Assembly (NCBI RefSeq): GCF_006345805.1
Contig: NW_021836135.1
Location: 1 to 64,000 of the forward strand
Direction: 5' to 3'
Source: Octopus sinensis
Taxonomy: Eukaryota
DNA length: 64,000 bases
Shown here: piece by piece, positions 48,833 through 62,850 of the stretch
Numbering within the stretch: the stretch's first letter is position 1
How the letters are laid out: each line of letters starts with the position of its first letter
Position numbers and translations under genes: made by a program
Notes under the pieces: generated by a model
The model's database searches: none
Told to the model about the DNA's origin: nothing
What the model saw: the letters and a program-made list of their open reading frames with translations, nothing else

Positions 48833-51800
48833 GTGTATGTATGTATGCATGAGTACATGTGCATACATACACGCATGCACACATACACACATCTAGTTCT
48901 TTAGTTGATTTAAACCATTATGAATTCTACTCAAGCCAGAGCAACACCTTGATGACTGCATCTTATATTTAGTATTGCTGGTTATTTGCTTGTGTGTACA
49001 TGTCTGTTTTCGGTAAATTACTGGAGAATGCTTCCCATTGATTATAACATGCTAAAAATGAGAAGTCACCGAAATGTTCTTGCTTTCTTCAGATAAGAAA
49101 CTAAATAACCAGGATCCTCTAATGACATATTTGATTTCATTTAATGCAATCTTTGCTATTTGATGTTTATCTTCTTGTTCCGTCATTTATTCAATAGTGT
49201 ATACCAAAGTTTGGCACCTTATTTTTCAGATGAAGATGATGGTATGCCTATATCTCATGTATTTTAGTGAGTATAACATATTAGAGCTTGGAGTTAAAGC
49301 TCAGTAAAGTTGTTTTACTCATGTTATATCTTAAGGAAGATGTTTTGCTGTTTTTCTAGTGAAAGTGCTTTATCATAAAGTATTGGAGTTACAGAGTTAT
49401 GAAAAAAATCATAATGTCTAAAAATAAATTGTTTTGTAATATCAACCTTACTGTTGTGAGGTGAATGACACATTACCAAACTATGTTAGAAAAGATGCAT
49501 TGACGGGCAAGGTAATGTTCAAAATCCTGGCTGATTCTATGCTTAGCTCTGGTTCAATGTTACTGGAAGCTTTCCAACATCTAGAAAACTGAAAAAAGAC
49601 TTTTCTTGGACATTCTTGAATGATTTTAAATGATGAGTGAAAGGCTACGCCGTTTTGAAACCAAGTAGGTTTCTTAGACAATTATCTCAGCCTGTCTGAT
49701 TGTGTGTGTGTGTGTGTTTTTTTTTTATTGCTGGTCATATGGGTGAATGAATACTTGGCTTTACTTTCTGACTTGCTGAAGAAAATCTTCACATAGTTAA
49801 TAATTTTTCATATTTCATGAACTGAAAGAAAACTTTCTCATATTACTTTTGTAAGATGCCATATATATATTTGCTCGATCTTTGATATGATATTGATCCT
49901 AATGTAGCAGCTGTCTGGTTTTGGACAGTATTATAAGAGACTCATATGCATAACATAAGAAAGTTTGGAAAATCGTATACATGTCTGAGATTTTTAATGA
50001 ATGTTCTTCAAGAAAGTTTTAAACTCCTGTTTCAGTTTTATTTATTATAACATATTTATTTTAAAGTGGGGTTGTATACATAGTTTATTGTTTATTTGAT
50101 TCATTGTATCTATTTCATATAATGAATCACCTATATTTTAGAATATGGAGAAGTTATTTTTTTTATAAGTTTATAATTCTTGTGTATAGAAAATGGACAT
50201 ATTTCATAAGTTCAGTTTTGTATGTGGAAACAAAGTCTAGCAAGTTTATTTTCTGATAGGCTGAGAGTGGAAAGAAGCTATATTATGTAGATTAAAAAGA
50301 TGTTAGTATATCTCTTTATTCAAATACAGATATCCTTCCTTGACATGGCTTTTCATAATGTCATTTTAAGGTTGACATTGTATTTTCAAGCATTTTTGAT
50401 TTGTGAGAAGACATTCTTTGTGAACACTTTGTGTGTAACTGAGTTAGAAAGTCGATAAATGATGCCTATAGCGAAGCTTTATTGTGGCAAATAAACAGGT
50501 GTACAGTAATGCACAGCGTATAAATAGAAAAGGATAACATTTAGTGTGAGATCGTCATTCACAATATAAAATAATACTAGCTGGCCCCATGCCATCAAAA
50601 ATGATGGCTAATTGTAATATTTTATATATAAATAAGGTACAAAAGGATCACAGATACAAACATTGAAATACTTCTCTTGTACATACACACATATACTCAC
50701 ACAGAGCTGAAATGCTGTTTGATTTTTGTTTTCAGCGATAAATCCTCACCATCCTACTTCTATTGCATGCACACACACACATTTTCACGTGACAACCTTT
50801 TACATACACACACATATTCATGCACAGTTGAAACACTGTCTATCTTAAAGGACCTATTTTCCTGCTGTGTAGAAAACAATAGCAGGAGACGAAATTTGAA
50901 CCAAGAATGCAAAGAACTGGCACACACACACTGCAAAGTATTGTGCCCAATGCTCAAACAATTCAGTCAGTCCACCCATCCTAGATTGGTACTTTATTTA
51001 TTAACTCTAAAAAAATGAAAGGCAAGACATGCTGCAAGGTACTCTATTCAATGCTATAATGACCCAACCAATACAGTAGTTTTGCATGTTAAGTTATATA
51101 TATATATGTGTGTGTGAATATTATACACCTGCAGATATACAAAGAACCTTTGTTTCGTCTAAAAATCATGAAAATTATTTGACAGATGCAGTGTCTTAAA
51201 ATCTAAAACAATAATATTTTTGCAACCTAAACGATGATTTTAATGAAGGAAATATTTCTCCCCACTATATGATTTTTAAGCGAATACAAAACAGACTAAA
51301 TATGCTTGAAAGTTATGACCAGTTTTTCAAAAAAGTAAAAAAAAAAAAAATAGTTGAACTTTAATTACTTTACAATAGATAACAAATCATAATCTAATTA
51401 AACCAATGAAATTATTATCACTTTCATAGAAAGTAATTAGTCAAAATAGCTTTTACTCATTTTGATTTCTTTGTTTTAACCAAGATGGTAGTAAGGATAC
51501 CAAACTTAACAGACTGTTTGGGGGTCTCTCAGATTTGAGAATGTACTCTCCAAACACAAAATATTTAAAACATTTTATGACATTGATATTGTGAGAATAT
51601 AAAGTTAAATGATAAAGAATTAGACTAAAGCTGTCATGGTAAAACAACCAGCCAATCAAGTATCAAGTGTCTAATTTGTTAAGAAAAACACAAGTCTTCT
51701 TACTGATACTTCTTAAGAAAGACATCTAAAACTCAAAAACATAAGATTTTTTCTGGCATTCTTTAATACTCAGCTGTATCAAATTTTCCTATTGTCTTAA

Positions 51801-54410
51801 CATGGTTGTACAAGTGAAAAACAAATTTACCTCTACTGAAGGAGTGGAGAGAGAGAAAGAAAGGATAAAACAGAGAAAAAGGAAAATACAAAGAAAATTA
51901 AGAAAAAAATATTCAAGCAAAAATAAATTTTGAAATGGCATTGTCAGTTTCTTTAAGGGTAGAAGTTTAGAAACTGTAACATACTATATTTAATATTTCC
52001 AACATCTCTAAAAATCTGCGATACATTTCTAACACTTAATGCTAGAGTAAACAAATTATGATACATTTTTACCACAAAGACATCTTAAATTAATCACATT
52101 ACTAATTAAAATTTTTCACAAAAAAGATGATCACATAGCATTTTATCAAAGGAATCTATGAATGAAAAAATTCCTTGTTATAAAATGTTGCCTTGCTAAA
52201 AACAAGCTAAGTGGATCCATTATATAATTATTGGTTTTAACTGGAACCTAGTGGCTGAATACATTTTGATATGGTATTTCCACCTCTTCATTCAATACAC
52301 CAATCTATTACTAAAATTTAACTTGTAACACACAAGAGTATAAGTTAACAGTAATGTCAAGGCAAATGGAAGACCCATAGGAATAAAACTGCAGATATTT
52401 TATCCTGTCTATTTAAATAGCATTTATTGTACACTCATAGAGGAGAATTTGATAAAATTTAAATATTAGGGAGTGTTTATCTGTGAAATACATTTATTGA
52501 TTAGGGTGTTAAAAATTGCTTCAGGCACAAGGGGGAAAACAGATTATTCTGTTCTTAAGTTTTACGAGGTGGTAAAATAAGTCCCAAGGTTTAAAGGGTT
52601 AATGTCATTATTAATTAGAGAGAATTCTGAACAAAGCTAAAAGCATTAAATTGGTTAATTTTAAATTATTTCAGTTCGGTGTGTTGTGATTATGAGATTA
52701 CTCCTCACTATAGTTTGCTTAGTCTTTAATAACTCTGGGTAGGATAAAGTACAGGGTAATAATTTTAGTTGTTTAACATTTCAAAACTAGGGTCGGCATT
52801 TATTGTTGGTTATAAATAGAATGCTAACATTTACTAACTGAGCGTGGGTAAGAGTTAGTTTATTCTGGAGTATGTTATTAATTTGACTTTGACAAATTAT
52901 TACTGATTATTATCTGCAAAAGGTGTTTTATAGTGTTGCAGCAGCTGAAAAGATATTTAAGATTTTTATGTCTGTTATTTATATTATCGTATTGTATTTA
53001 ACAGTAGGTTGAATAGGATAAAGATCCAGTATAATCTAGCTGATCATAATCTATTAGATTTTGATAAAAGAATAAAACCACAGGTTTGAAGGGTGGATTT
53101 CTTCAACTAAACCTTATTACTTGTTGGGTAATATATTTTATTTGTCGCAGGAGGATGAATGGCAAAAGTAACCTCAGTAAGATTCAAACTCTACAAGCAA
53201 AGGACCGTAATTATATACCAGAAGAGGTATTTTTGTCAGTGCTCTGATGATTCAGTCATTTTCTAGTCTTAACCAATCACTTTATATCATAAAATTCTGC
53301 AGGTGTGTTTTGAACTCGACCTTTGAAGAATTTTAAATCATCTAATAGTATTAGTTCTATCTTAAATCATTTGAATATATACACATTTACCTTGTCAAGT
53401 AGCATATTTTATGAAGATATTTTAAATGTTTTTAGTTTGTATTTATAATATTTTAGAATTACTTTTGGATAAAAGCTTTTTAACCCTGAAGGATATGGTA
53501 AAATGTATTTTACACAAGTCTCTTGAAAAGATTTTAAAAATTGAACAAATTTCATGAAAAACAGCTTTGATTACTGTTGCATATCATATACCGAAATTAT
53601 AAAAAAAAATTCAGAAAAAAACCCCCCAAAAACAAATGAGGAAAAAAATGTGGTTAAAGAAATTAAACATAACAGAAGCGAGTAATCTAACATTTCTATA
53701 TGCAATGTTTTAAAGCATTTGATATATCTACGTTTTTTTCTTTTTTTCAGAATTAATCAAATTTCTAGTTGTGTGGGTAGGTGAATGCTGAGGTGTGATT
53801 AATCAACTTCAAAGAAATGGCAGAAATATTGGATTAAATGCAAAATTGAACATGAAAAGGAGTAGAATATAATACCTTCCTGTTTCTTTCTCTAACTCAC
53901 TAACACAACCCCTTCTCCTGCCCATGAACAGCACACACATACACACACATACTCTATTTTGATTTCCTTTAGTGAAGAAACTGATGTAAGTCATGACAGT
54001 CACATACTAACTGAGTGCATAGAAATGCATTTGATGACCTACTTATTGCAAACATAGATATATTTGGTTATGTTCATGTACAAATGATACATTATCATCA
54101 TCATTTTAATGTTCATTTTTCCAAGTTTGCATGGGTCAAACAGAATTTGTTGATGTAAATTTTCTGCTATGGAATGCCCTTCCTCTCACCAAGCAAAGTA
54201 ATATTTCCCTATAGCTGGAAGACTGAAACCAATGAACACTGCTTATGTGATGACAATGCTTGTTTAAAACTATTGCATAATGTCAAGACATATAGACAAA
54301 TACGCATCATATCAAAAGTGAATAATCTACTCCTCTATATAGAAAATATATCTATCCAATCAACTCAGCAAGGTTCACCTAACCCATGCCAGCATGGAAA
54401 GATAGACATT

Positions 54411-54445
<35 letters not shown>

Positions 54446-56294
54446 GTGAATACTCTCAGACAGAAATGTTTGTTCGTAAATTAAGAAGTTTCTCAAGTTA
54501 CTGTAGCACTCTTGAGAATATAGAATCCAGTATTGATAAAAATATACAACTAAAAAAACCATTTTATGACTATCTTAACATTATGCATATTTATACTTTC
54601 CTCTTAAAATATTAGTCACATAGATTGTGTTTTTTTTTACATTTATTGCTGCAATCTTTAAAAATAATAACTATAAATAATTCCAAACTTCTGCATGTAT
54701 ATATTGGTAAATAAAATTACCATTTTAGTAAATGTAGATTTATAGATAGATGCACACGAAGACACACACACACATACAAATATACACATCACTTTGGAAC
54801 TATTCCTCACATGCAGGTATTCAGTTTCCAGTTGCTCTAATTCTTTTGAACATTTCATTATTCAATCTGTATCAGACAATGAGGTGCTATTTAATCTGTT
54901 TCTCCCTCTCTATCTATTACTAACACATACACATAGCAAATGAAACACTTCCTTTGCCTTTCTCCGTTTTATCTTAGACTTACATTCATGTAAATATATA
55001 AACTTTTATTCATATCATTTTCATAGTTACCTAAAGAGTGTATACACCGTACGTAAACAATGTAAATGAGAGATTATTTTAATCTGAAACACTGTTCTAA
55101 GTATGTGATTAAAATGTAAGACATGTATTCATGTTTGCAATAAACACTGCATGAAATCTTTAACAGTAAAAGATTTATATGATAATAGTGTTAGAGACAT
55201 TATGTCCAAGGCTTAAATACTGGAATACAAACCATAAGATACTAAGCACATGCATTAAGAAAGTAAGAAAGTAATATACATTTACACACACACACACACA
55301 CAGTTATTATAGCCGGCATCTTACAAACACTTTGGATTTCATGCTTTTCTAACAGCAGACTGGATTTAGTTAGTAGAAACTGAAAAAAGCCTATTATATG
55401 CATATATTGTCTGTATTTATGTTAATTTTAATGCTTCTTTTCTCTTATGCAGGTATGAATTTGGATGGAGATTTTTTTTGTTGAAGTGGGACTTTACAGC
55501 TGGATGCTTTTTCTGACACCATCTTGTGCGTCTATGTTTGCGTGTGCACATCTCTGAAAAGTACTGAGCTACAATCAGTAATTTTATTTCCCCTGTCAAG
55601 AAATCATATACTGGTTTTGCCTATTTGAAGAGGAGATCTTTTACTTCAAAAGCTGGTTAGTGTTAACAACAAGAAAGGCATCCAGCTATAAAACAATTCC
55701 CTAATAATATATTTGTCTATCCCATGTTAGCATAGAAAAGCTGATGTAAAACGAACGTGTAATAATCTAATATATGTATATTACAGTGAGTGCATGAAGG
55801 CATATGATCTTGTGATAAGAATGTTGCACTGACAACCATAAGATTGTGGTTTTGATTCGTGGATCAAGCAGTAATTTGTGTACTTGAGAAAAATACTTCC
55901 TCATTGATGCAGTCCACTAAACTGCAGACGGGAGACTTGTGATCAACTGGCACCTCATTTAGGAGTATTGTTGTGATCTTGCTCATTTATACAGCATGGA
56001 CATGGGACAACTGGCACTGTGAGTTCTAGGACTCAAGACAGCAATATCCAGGAGTTAATGAGAATGATATCCTTTTATCTTTTAAATGGAATTTTTAGTT
56101 AAATGTATCGACCCCAGTACTTCTTTTTTAAAGCCTGGTACTTATTCTATTGGTCTCTTTTGTTGAACTGTTAAACTACAGGGACATAAACACACCAGCA
56201 CAGGTTGTCAGGCGGTAGTGGGGGACAAAATATCACACTGTGTTTGCATGCTTGTATACACACACACACACACACATACGTGTACACACACAGA

Positions 56295-56440
56295 TACAGG
56301 GTGCGATGGGTAAATTGTCGCCATTTTATATTTTTAATTTCGTGCATGTGCATTATTTGTTTTTCATTTTGCTCACTGCACAGTATAGTAGGGTCGTTTA
56401 ACTATACACACAAGATAATTTATACAGATAATTTATACAG
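56295..56440 (+). mobile_element. Tc1/mariner-type left end fragment
   Basis: TA|CAGGGTGcgatgggtaaattgtcgccatttt; no right TIR seen. Confidence 0.45.
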
Positions 56441-56443
56441 GTG

Positions 56444-56548
56444 CGTGGCACCTTGGGCAAGTGTCTTCTACTATAGCCTTGGGCTGACCAAAGCCTTGTG
56501 AGTGGATTTGATAGACGGAAACTGAAAGAAGCCCGTCGTATATATGTA

Positions 56549-56592
<44 letters not shown>

Positions 56593-56804
56593 CATGTGTG
56601 TGTCTGTGTTTGTCCCCCTAGCATTGCTTGACAACCGATGCTGGTGTGTTTATGTCCCCGTTACTTAGCAGTTCGGCAAAAAGAGACCGATAAAATAAGT
56701 ACTGGGCTAACAAAAGAATAAGTCCCGGGGTTGAGTTGCTCGATTAAAGGCGGTGCTCCAGCATGGCCGCAGTCAAATGACTGAAACAAGTAAAAGAGTA
56801 AAGA
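56444..56804 (+). mobile_element. SINE family B, 5'-truncated (a partial reverse B copy lies at 56101-56250)
   Basis: Begins at tgcgtggcaccttgggcaag; tail aagtaaaagagtaaagag. Confidence 0.85.
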
Positions 56805-57824
56805 GATATGTAGACACATATATATCTATGTGTGAGTATGTATGTATGTTTATATGTGTGTGTATGTATGTTTGTGTGTGTGTGTATTTATGTGTTTATT
56901 TGTTCTTATGTATACACAAGACTAGACTAAAACTGGTATTCTTTGCTGTGTCTCTTTATAGCCTATAACTACCTCAATGTATAGAGACTGATGAGTCTTG
57001 AAATACTGGGATTCATATGATTGGCTAAATCTGTGAAGACAAGACACAGTATAGCTACAGTCCAATGACTGAAACTAATATATCTATATTGATTGATTGA
57101 TAGGCAGACAAACAGAAAATCTATTTACTCTTTGGTAATGTACAAAATTCATATTGAATTCTCTTTGGATTTCAGCTACCTTCATGTCTCTTTCAAGAAT
57201 ACACATGCATAAATTCACACATTCACACACACATGATCATACAGGTTACAAAGAGGTAAGTGTTTCTGCATTGGCAAGAATTGAATTATTTAATAAAATC
57301 GACAAAATTTGGGCGGTGAACTTGCTGCGAGGAGTGAAAAATTCAGTGTTTCAGATAATCCCTTTTCAACAAAAATTTGACAGGTGAGAAACTAGAGACA
57401 CAGCAGAGTTTTTTTTACATATTCTAAGTTAGAAAAACAGTTTGGAATTGATAAGGAATACAAGTCCTCAGAAGCTTCATATACTGACAGGAAAGAATAG
57501 GACAAAGAATCTGGGAGAGAGACAGGTAGAATGAAACAGGATTGGAATGAAGCAAAGCAGTGGGCAAAGGCAAAAAGGAAGTGAGATAGGAATCAGAAGA
57601 TAAGAAACAGCTAAATGAAATCAGAAGAAGTGGAGGAGAAAGAAAAATGCTCATTTAAACCTGGTGGTGACAAAGTACCAAGTTCGAATATAAAACATTG
57701 TTCCCCATTTCTTTGAATATGTAAATCCCTGGTGTACCTGTAATTACTTCAACACCTTAGCTTCACATAAGTATCCATGAATTATAGCTTTAGTAGACAT
57801 TTCCCTTTCTCTCTGTCTCTGTAG

Positions 57825-57869
<45 letters not shown>

Positions 57870-57936
57870 AATAAATAAATATATATATATATATGAGATA
57901 TTGTAGTTCGCTTGAAGCACTGTGTATTGTTTGTAA

Positions 57937-58288
57937 AGAATAAATTTTGAAAGGTACAACAATGCACTATAATATAGACAATGGGCTATATACCTGTTGT
58001 AATTTAGTCATCCATAATCCGATATGATATTTTGGAATAATATTCCTTCTTCAGATATTCATAGATGGTGTCACTGCTATAATCGGTTTTCTAACGGCAA
58101 TTAATGTAGCAGTCAAACACAGCCGTTAGAAAACCAATTATAGTAGCAACTCCATCTAAGAATATCTGAAGAAGGAATACTATTCCAAAATATCATATCA
58201 GACTATGGATGACTAAATAACAACAGGTATATAGTCCATTGTCTGTATTATAGTGCATTGTTGTACCATTCAAAAAACTTTTTATTCT
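57937..58288. mobile_element. Foldback/MITE element with ~160-bp arms and 23-nt loop
   Basis: 57937-58098 is the reverse complement of 58122-58288 (about 90% identical by manual count). Confidence 0.8.
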
Positions 58289-59169
58289 ATATATATATAT
58301 ATATAAATATATAAATAAAATCAAAGAGATACAATTTTGGATAAGATTATGTCAAAATGTGTGCGTGTGTGTGTGTGTGTGTGAGCATACTAATAAACTC
58401 CCCTATGTGGGTCCTTTAGGATTATAGAAGTTAATACCGTAAGTTAATACCTGGTTGATCAAAGAAACAGTTCTGTTGTAAAATTCTTTAACATGTTGTC
58501 TGTTATACAATGTTATGTCAAATATTTTGAATTCAGACTGTTTAGTATGGTATACAATAATCTCACAGGACACTGCAGAGCAAAATGTGAGTGGTTTCAG
58601 TTGCTACATGGTACAATAACTTTTCTGATGCCAAAGAAAGTCATTTTCAAAATGATGCAATGTACTAAAAGGTTTTTATAAAGGTGTCACAGACCAAATA
58701 GTGCCATACATTGAGATGACTTGAGAAATGACATCAGAGATGTATTCATGTCATGTTGACAAAAATAATTAAAAGAATATATTTAGCAACAAATATCAGT
58801 TTATGCTGAGATATACAGAAATACTACAATTAATGTAGCAGTCAAACACAGTTAAGCCAAACCTTGTAAAATATGACTATAAATGCCAAAAATTTTCATT
58901 CTTTTAACATGATTTCATATGCACAACTTTAAATGCATAATATAATTTTTTGATCATCTCACGTATTTTGCTGATTTTTTTTTTTTTAAACTCTTTAGCA
59001 AGAAAATATTCTTTCTTAATGTTAAATAATAGCACATTAAACAAAAGAAATTCTCTGAAATTGCAAGATCAATTTACGAAAATATTCCAGAGTATGGAAG
59101 ATATTTATATCAAAACTAAAGTATCGAAATAATCTTTAGATATATAAAATAACTAAATATAGTTGAAGA

Positions 59170-59214
59170 TTATATATATGTATATCTGTGTACATATATA
59201 TAATGAGTATCATG

Positions 59215-59268
<54 letters not shown>

Positions 59269-59400
59269 CATCATCATTATATATATATATATACACACAT
59301 GCACCTGTATATATGTAAAAATACACATACATGCATATATACATACACACATATGTATGTATATATGTATGTATGTATATACATACATTTATATATACAT
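59170..59400. repeat. (TA)n/(TACA)n microsatellite tract (similar tracts at 17880-18140, 31030-31200, 45140-45215, 48750-48890)
   Basis: Directly visible. Confidence 0.9.
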
Positions 59401-61826
59401 GATAATATGATGGGAAATTGAAGAAAACTATTCTGGTTTGTACAATATTTATAGCAAGAAAATCTTTACTAAATGTTTGATCAAAGGCATTCATAATTGC
59501 TTGAAAATTATTCAGTCAACAATGATAAATTGCATGATCAACTGAACTAATCATCCTTTTTTTTTTGTTATATTGTATGTTAGTTATTATTTGATTTCTA
59601 ATCTTTTTTGTTATTTCTTTACTTTGCTTTTTTCAACTGCCATAAACTAGTTAGACAGAAAATATTTTGAAAGGCTAGGCAATTAATCAAAATAATGAAT
59701 AACAGAACTTCAATATGAATGATTACATATTTAAAGTTTAATTGCTTTAAGTCACAGATAATTGGACTAATGCATGATCACTGTTTTAGTATTCGGGCTT
59801 GTTATTGCAATATTTTACTTAATTGTTTTCTTATTTTTATCACAATTATAACTGAGGTTAGAAATGTTTATCTTTACTATCTTCATGCATGATTTTGCCA
59901 ATTCCACTGACTCAAAGTTCCTATCTTGTTCAGTCTTGAATAGCTTTAAAGTCATTCAGTTCTACAACCTGTCACTTTAAGTAGCCTCCCTTGTTTGTTG
60001 TACTGCCATAAATCAATCAATCTTGCTTTGAAGTCATCTTCAGGTTTCTATTAAGCACAATACGGTTGTTAAAATGTTGAATAAAACCTGAGGACAGCAA
60101 AAAAAGTCTTAATCTTATGTCAGAGTTTAATGTTCTCAGAACTTTCGTAAGCTTTAAAGCACTGAACACTAATTCTAGTTGTAAATTTATATTTTGTGTA
60201 TTTTCTATATTTTGGTGATGCAAATTTTTCAGACCTAGGATAAATCAGTTACGAGTTCAGTTTTCCTTTCTTACTGTAGATATGACATTAATATGTTCAC
60301 TTAGGATCTTAACTAGCAATCATTGTTAAGTTGTGACTTATTACTTCCTCTCTCCCTTCTTTGGGCATATTCCAGTGGAAGATTACAGACTATAAGTCCA
60401 GCAAATGCATGAAACATATATTATCACAAAGCATTCAGATATGAAAGCTTCAATTCTAGGAAGCATTTTGACAGCTGCAAGGAAGTAGAAATTAAAATTT
60501 ATATAAAAGCTTTTGTTAGAAATATTGGTGACATGAGTATTCAAAAGCTACACTAATTAGATAGGAACAACCACAAATTAACATGCACTGGGAAATATTT
60601 GTCATTCAACAATTTATTATCTCATTTGCCTGTTACATTTCACTCCACTCATCACAGTACTGTATAATTCTGTATAGGTTATAGTGGCATGGTTATTATT
60701 GAATTGATTAGATTTATATACTGAATTTTTCAGTTCATAATTAGGGCTGGCTACATTCAAAATATATAGTATACAAATTTTTCTCTACATGTTTGTAATC
60801 TAACTATAAATTATTCTGAATTATCATGGGAAGGGTTTCAAGAGAATTGTTGATGAGAAATTTTATTAACAAAATTCTACTCAGAACTTCATGGTCCAGC
60901 TTTAAGGTATCTTCTTTTCCTTAATTTTGTATTTAGAGAGATATTTGAAGCAATGGAATTAGAAATTACCATGAAAAGCAACCAAACTCTTTAATTTTTA
61001 TAGTTGTGTATTCATAATAAAATTAGCCAAATACATTCTTTAAAATAAATGAAAAACTGACAGATATCCAAAGGGAACAAGAGAACTAAATATCAAAACA
61101 TTAAAATATGTTAAAGAATTGAGATAAAATCATAAATATTCTTGAGTATTTCAATATAGCATTTCTTTTCCTGATACAAAGTTAATAATAGTTTCCCTTC
61201 AAATGGAATATAATTTTCATCTTAAAGAAATTGTTTAAAAAATTAAGTGAAAATGTTTTAATTTCAGCCAGTAGAGAGTTAACAACAGTAATATAAAATT
61301 TACTCATACAAGAAAATTTTATCAACTTATATTAAATCTGTTCATGTCAATGTAATCAAATTAAAACTGTAAGAAACTTTAAAAATTTATGGTCATGCCC
61401 AGAATTGCTAATCCTTCAGCTCATCCATGTGTGAAAAGTGTGAAGTAAATGTGAATAATTCTAGGTATGAGGGTGAATTTGTGGAGAATGAGATCTCAAT
61501 TCCTTGCACTTTACTACATGGCAAACAAATTTATTCATCAATATAGATTAAGAAAAACTGAAATTAAGATTAGGAAGAACTATCAAATTTTAAAAAAAGG
61601 CTCAAAAAACATAGATCATGCAATAAATGAAATAAATAAAAACACTTAAATTATGTCAATATCATTCAGTGAAAATAACAGAGGAAGCTTTCCTATTTTT
61701 TACCTTTTTTTTTGGCCTCATAAACTTTTCCACATAATCATGTATTTTTTAACCTTTGATTATATATAAATGCACTTGCAAAACTTCTGAATTATATAGA
61801 AAAGATAACATTTTCATAATACTCAC

Positions 61827-62031
61827 CTAATACAAATAGATTCACCTTGTTTATTTTTACAGGAACTGTATTAATTTGACAGTTGAATTGACCTTGATCA
61901 GATGGTTCCACATCCCTTATATGTAAGTTCCACTCACCAGGATGATCACGAACCACCATTATACGGACATCATCAGTAATTCGACGATCTCTCATCGTCA
62001 ACAGTGTATGTCTTTGATTTGTCCATATAAC
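61827..62031 (-). CDS. Internal coding exon, C-terminal half of an Ig (V/I-set) domain of a lachesin/IgLON/DPR-like cell-adhesion protein
   Basis: Minus strand reads ttttttttgtattag|GTT ATA TGG...GTA TTA G|gtgagt; 205 nt, phase 0 in, phase 1 out. Translation VIWTNQRHTLLTMRDRRITDDVRIMVVRDHPGEWNLHIRDVEPSDQGQFNCQINTVPVKINKVNLFVL shows the Ig C-strand Trp, the W-x-L-x-I E strand and the D-x-G-x-(F/Y)-x-C F strand. No other exon recognised in the window. Confidence 0.88.
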
Positions 62032-62509
62032 CTAATACAAAAAAAAATAAGATTAAAGATAATATTAGTACTAATATATAATAACAATAATAATTTCTAA
62101 ACATATGCAGGAAATAACAAACTGAAGGAAAAAATAGTCACCCTGTTGGTTATTGTATTGTACACCATTCACCTTATCCAGAAAAATGAAATGGAGAGAT
62201 CAAGTTCATCAAAGTTTGAACACAACATACAGAAAATGGAAAATATATACTATTAGATATTTTATCAAATAATACCGTTTCTTTTAAACAACATTTAACA
62301 ATCTGAATCAACAAGGAAGCCTATTTACTAGTTTTCACTTAATCGACAAGAAATAGCAACTAATTCTTCCATAAATCATACGTCAGTATTTTAAATGGTA
62401 AATGATGTTACATTAGATACTTTCTGGAAAATAGAACAACAGTGTTCATAAGTTTGCTAAATCAGAGCTGACTTAGAGTTAATGAGTAATGATAACACTC
62501 ATGCATATG

Positions 62510-62845
62510 CTTACAAAATCAAGAAAACAACACAGGACCCATGACTTGCAGAAGCCTTTTTTCATGAGCAGAATTTCTGACGCATGGAATAAACTACCTG
62601 CATCAGTTGTTAGCTGTCAAGACATTACATTCTTCAAAGCTTTCATGCTTCTTGAAATTCGCCAACAGTACACCTGATGCTCCCCACCCACCATTTCTTC
62701 TTCTTTATTTCTGTTCAGGCTTTTTTTCACTGTTCACTTCCTGTACATATTTTTATGTACTGTGCATGCAGTTTTAGTTTCTTTTTTCTGATGAGTTGTA
62801 GTGCACCTGAGCACTATATACAATAAGTTCATTATTATTATCATT
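62510..62845 (+). mobile_element. CR1/L2-type LINE 3' end with UTR and (ATT)n tail
   Basis: KSRKQHRTHDLQKPFFMSRISDAWNKLPASVVSCQDITFFKA matches the CR1 terminal pattern RK.FFS.RVV.AWN.LP..VV. Confidence 0.75.
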
Positions 62846-62850
62846 ATTGT

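Noticed and set aside
49445-49600. Short open frame QPYCCEVNDTLPNYVRKDALTGKVMFKIL as a hAT transposase remnant
   Set aside because: Resemblance is vague; no TIRs or catalytic motif.
52593-52602. aaagggTTAA as a piggyBac MITE right end
   Set aside because: No matching left end found upstream.
53151-53226. Plus-strand exon-like segment (tttgtcgcag|...gag|gtattt)
   Set aside because: One open frame (RMNGKSNLSKIQTLQAKDRNYIPEE) has no recognisable homology and the donor is weak; cannot be supported without RNA data.
56985-57012. CTGATGAgtcttGAAA as a hammerhead
   Set aside because: Only 5 nt between the boxes with no helix II stem; no helix III or helix I pairing.
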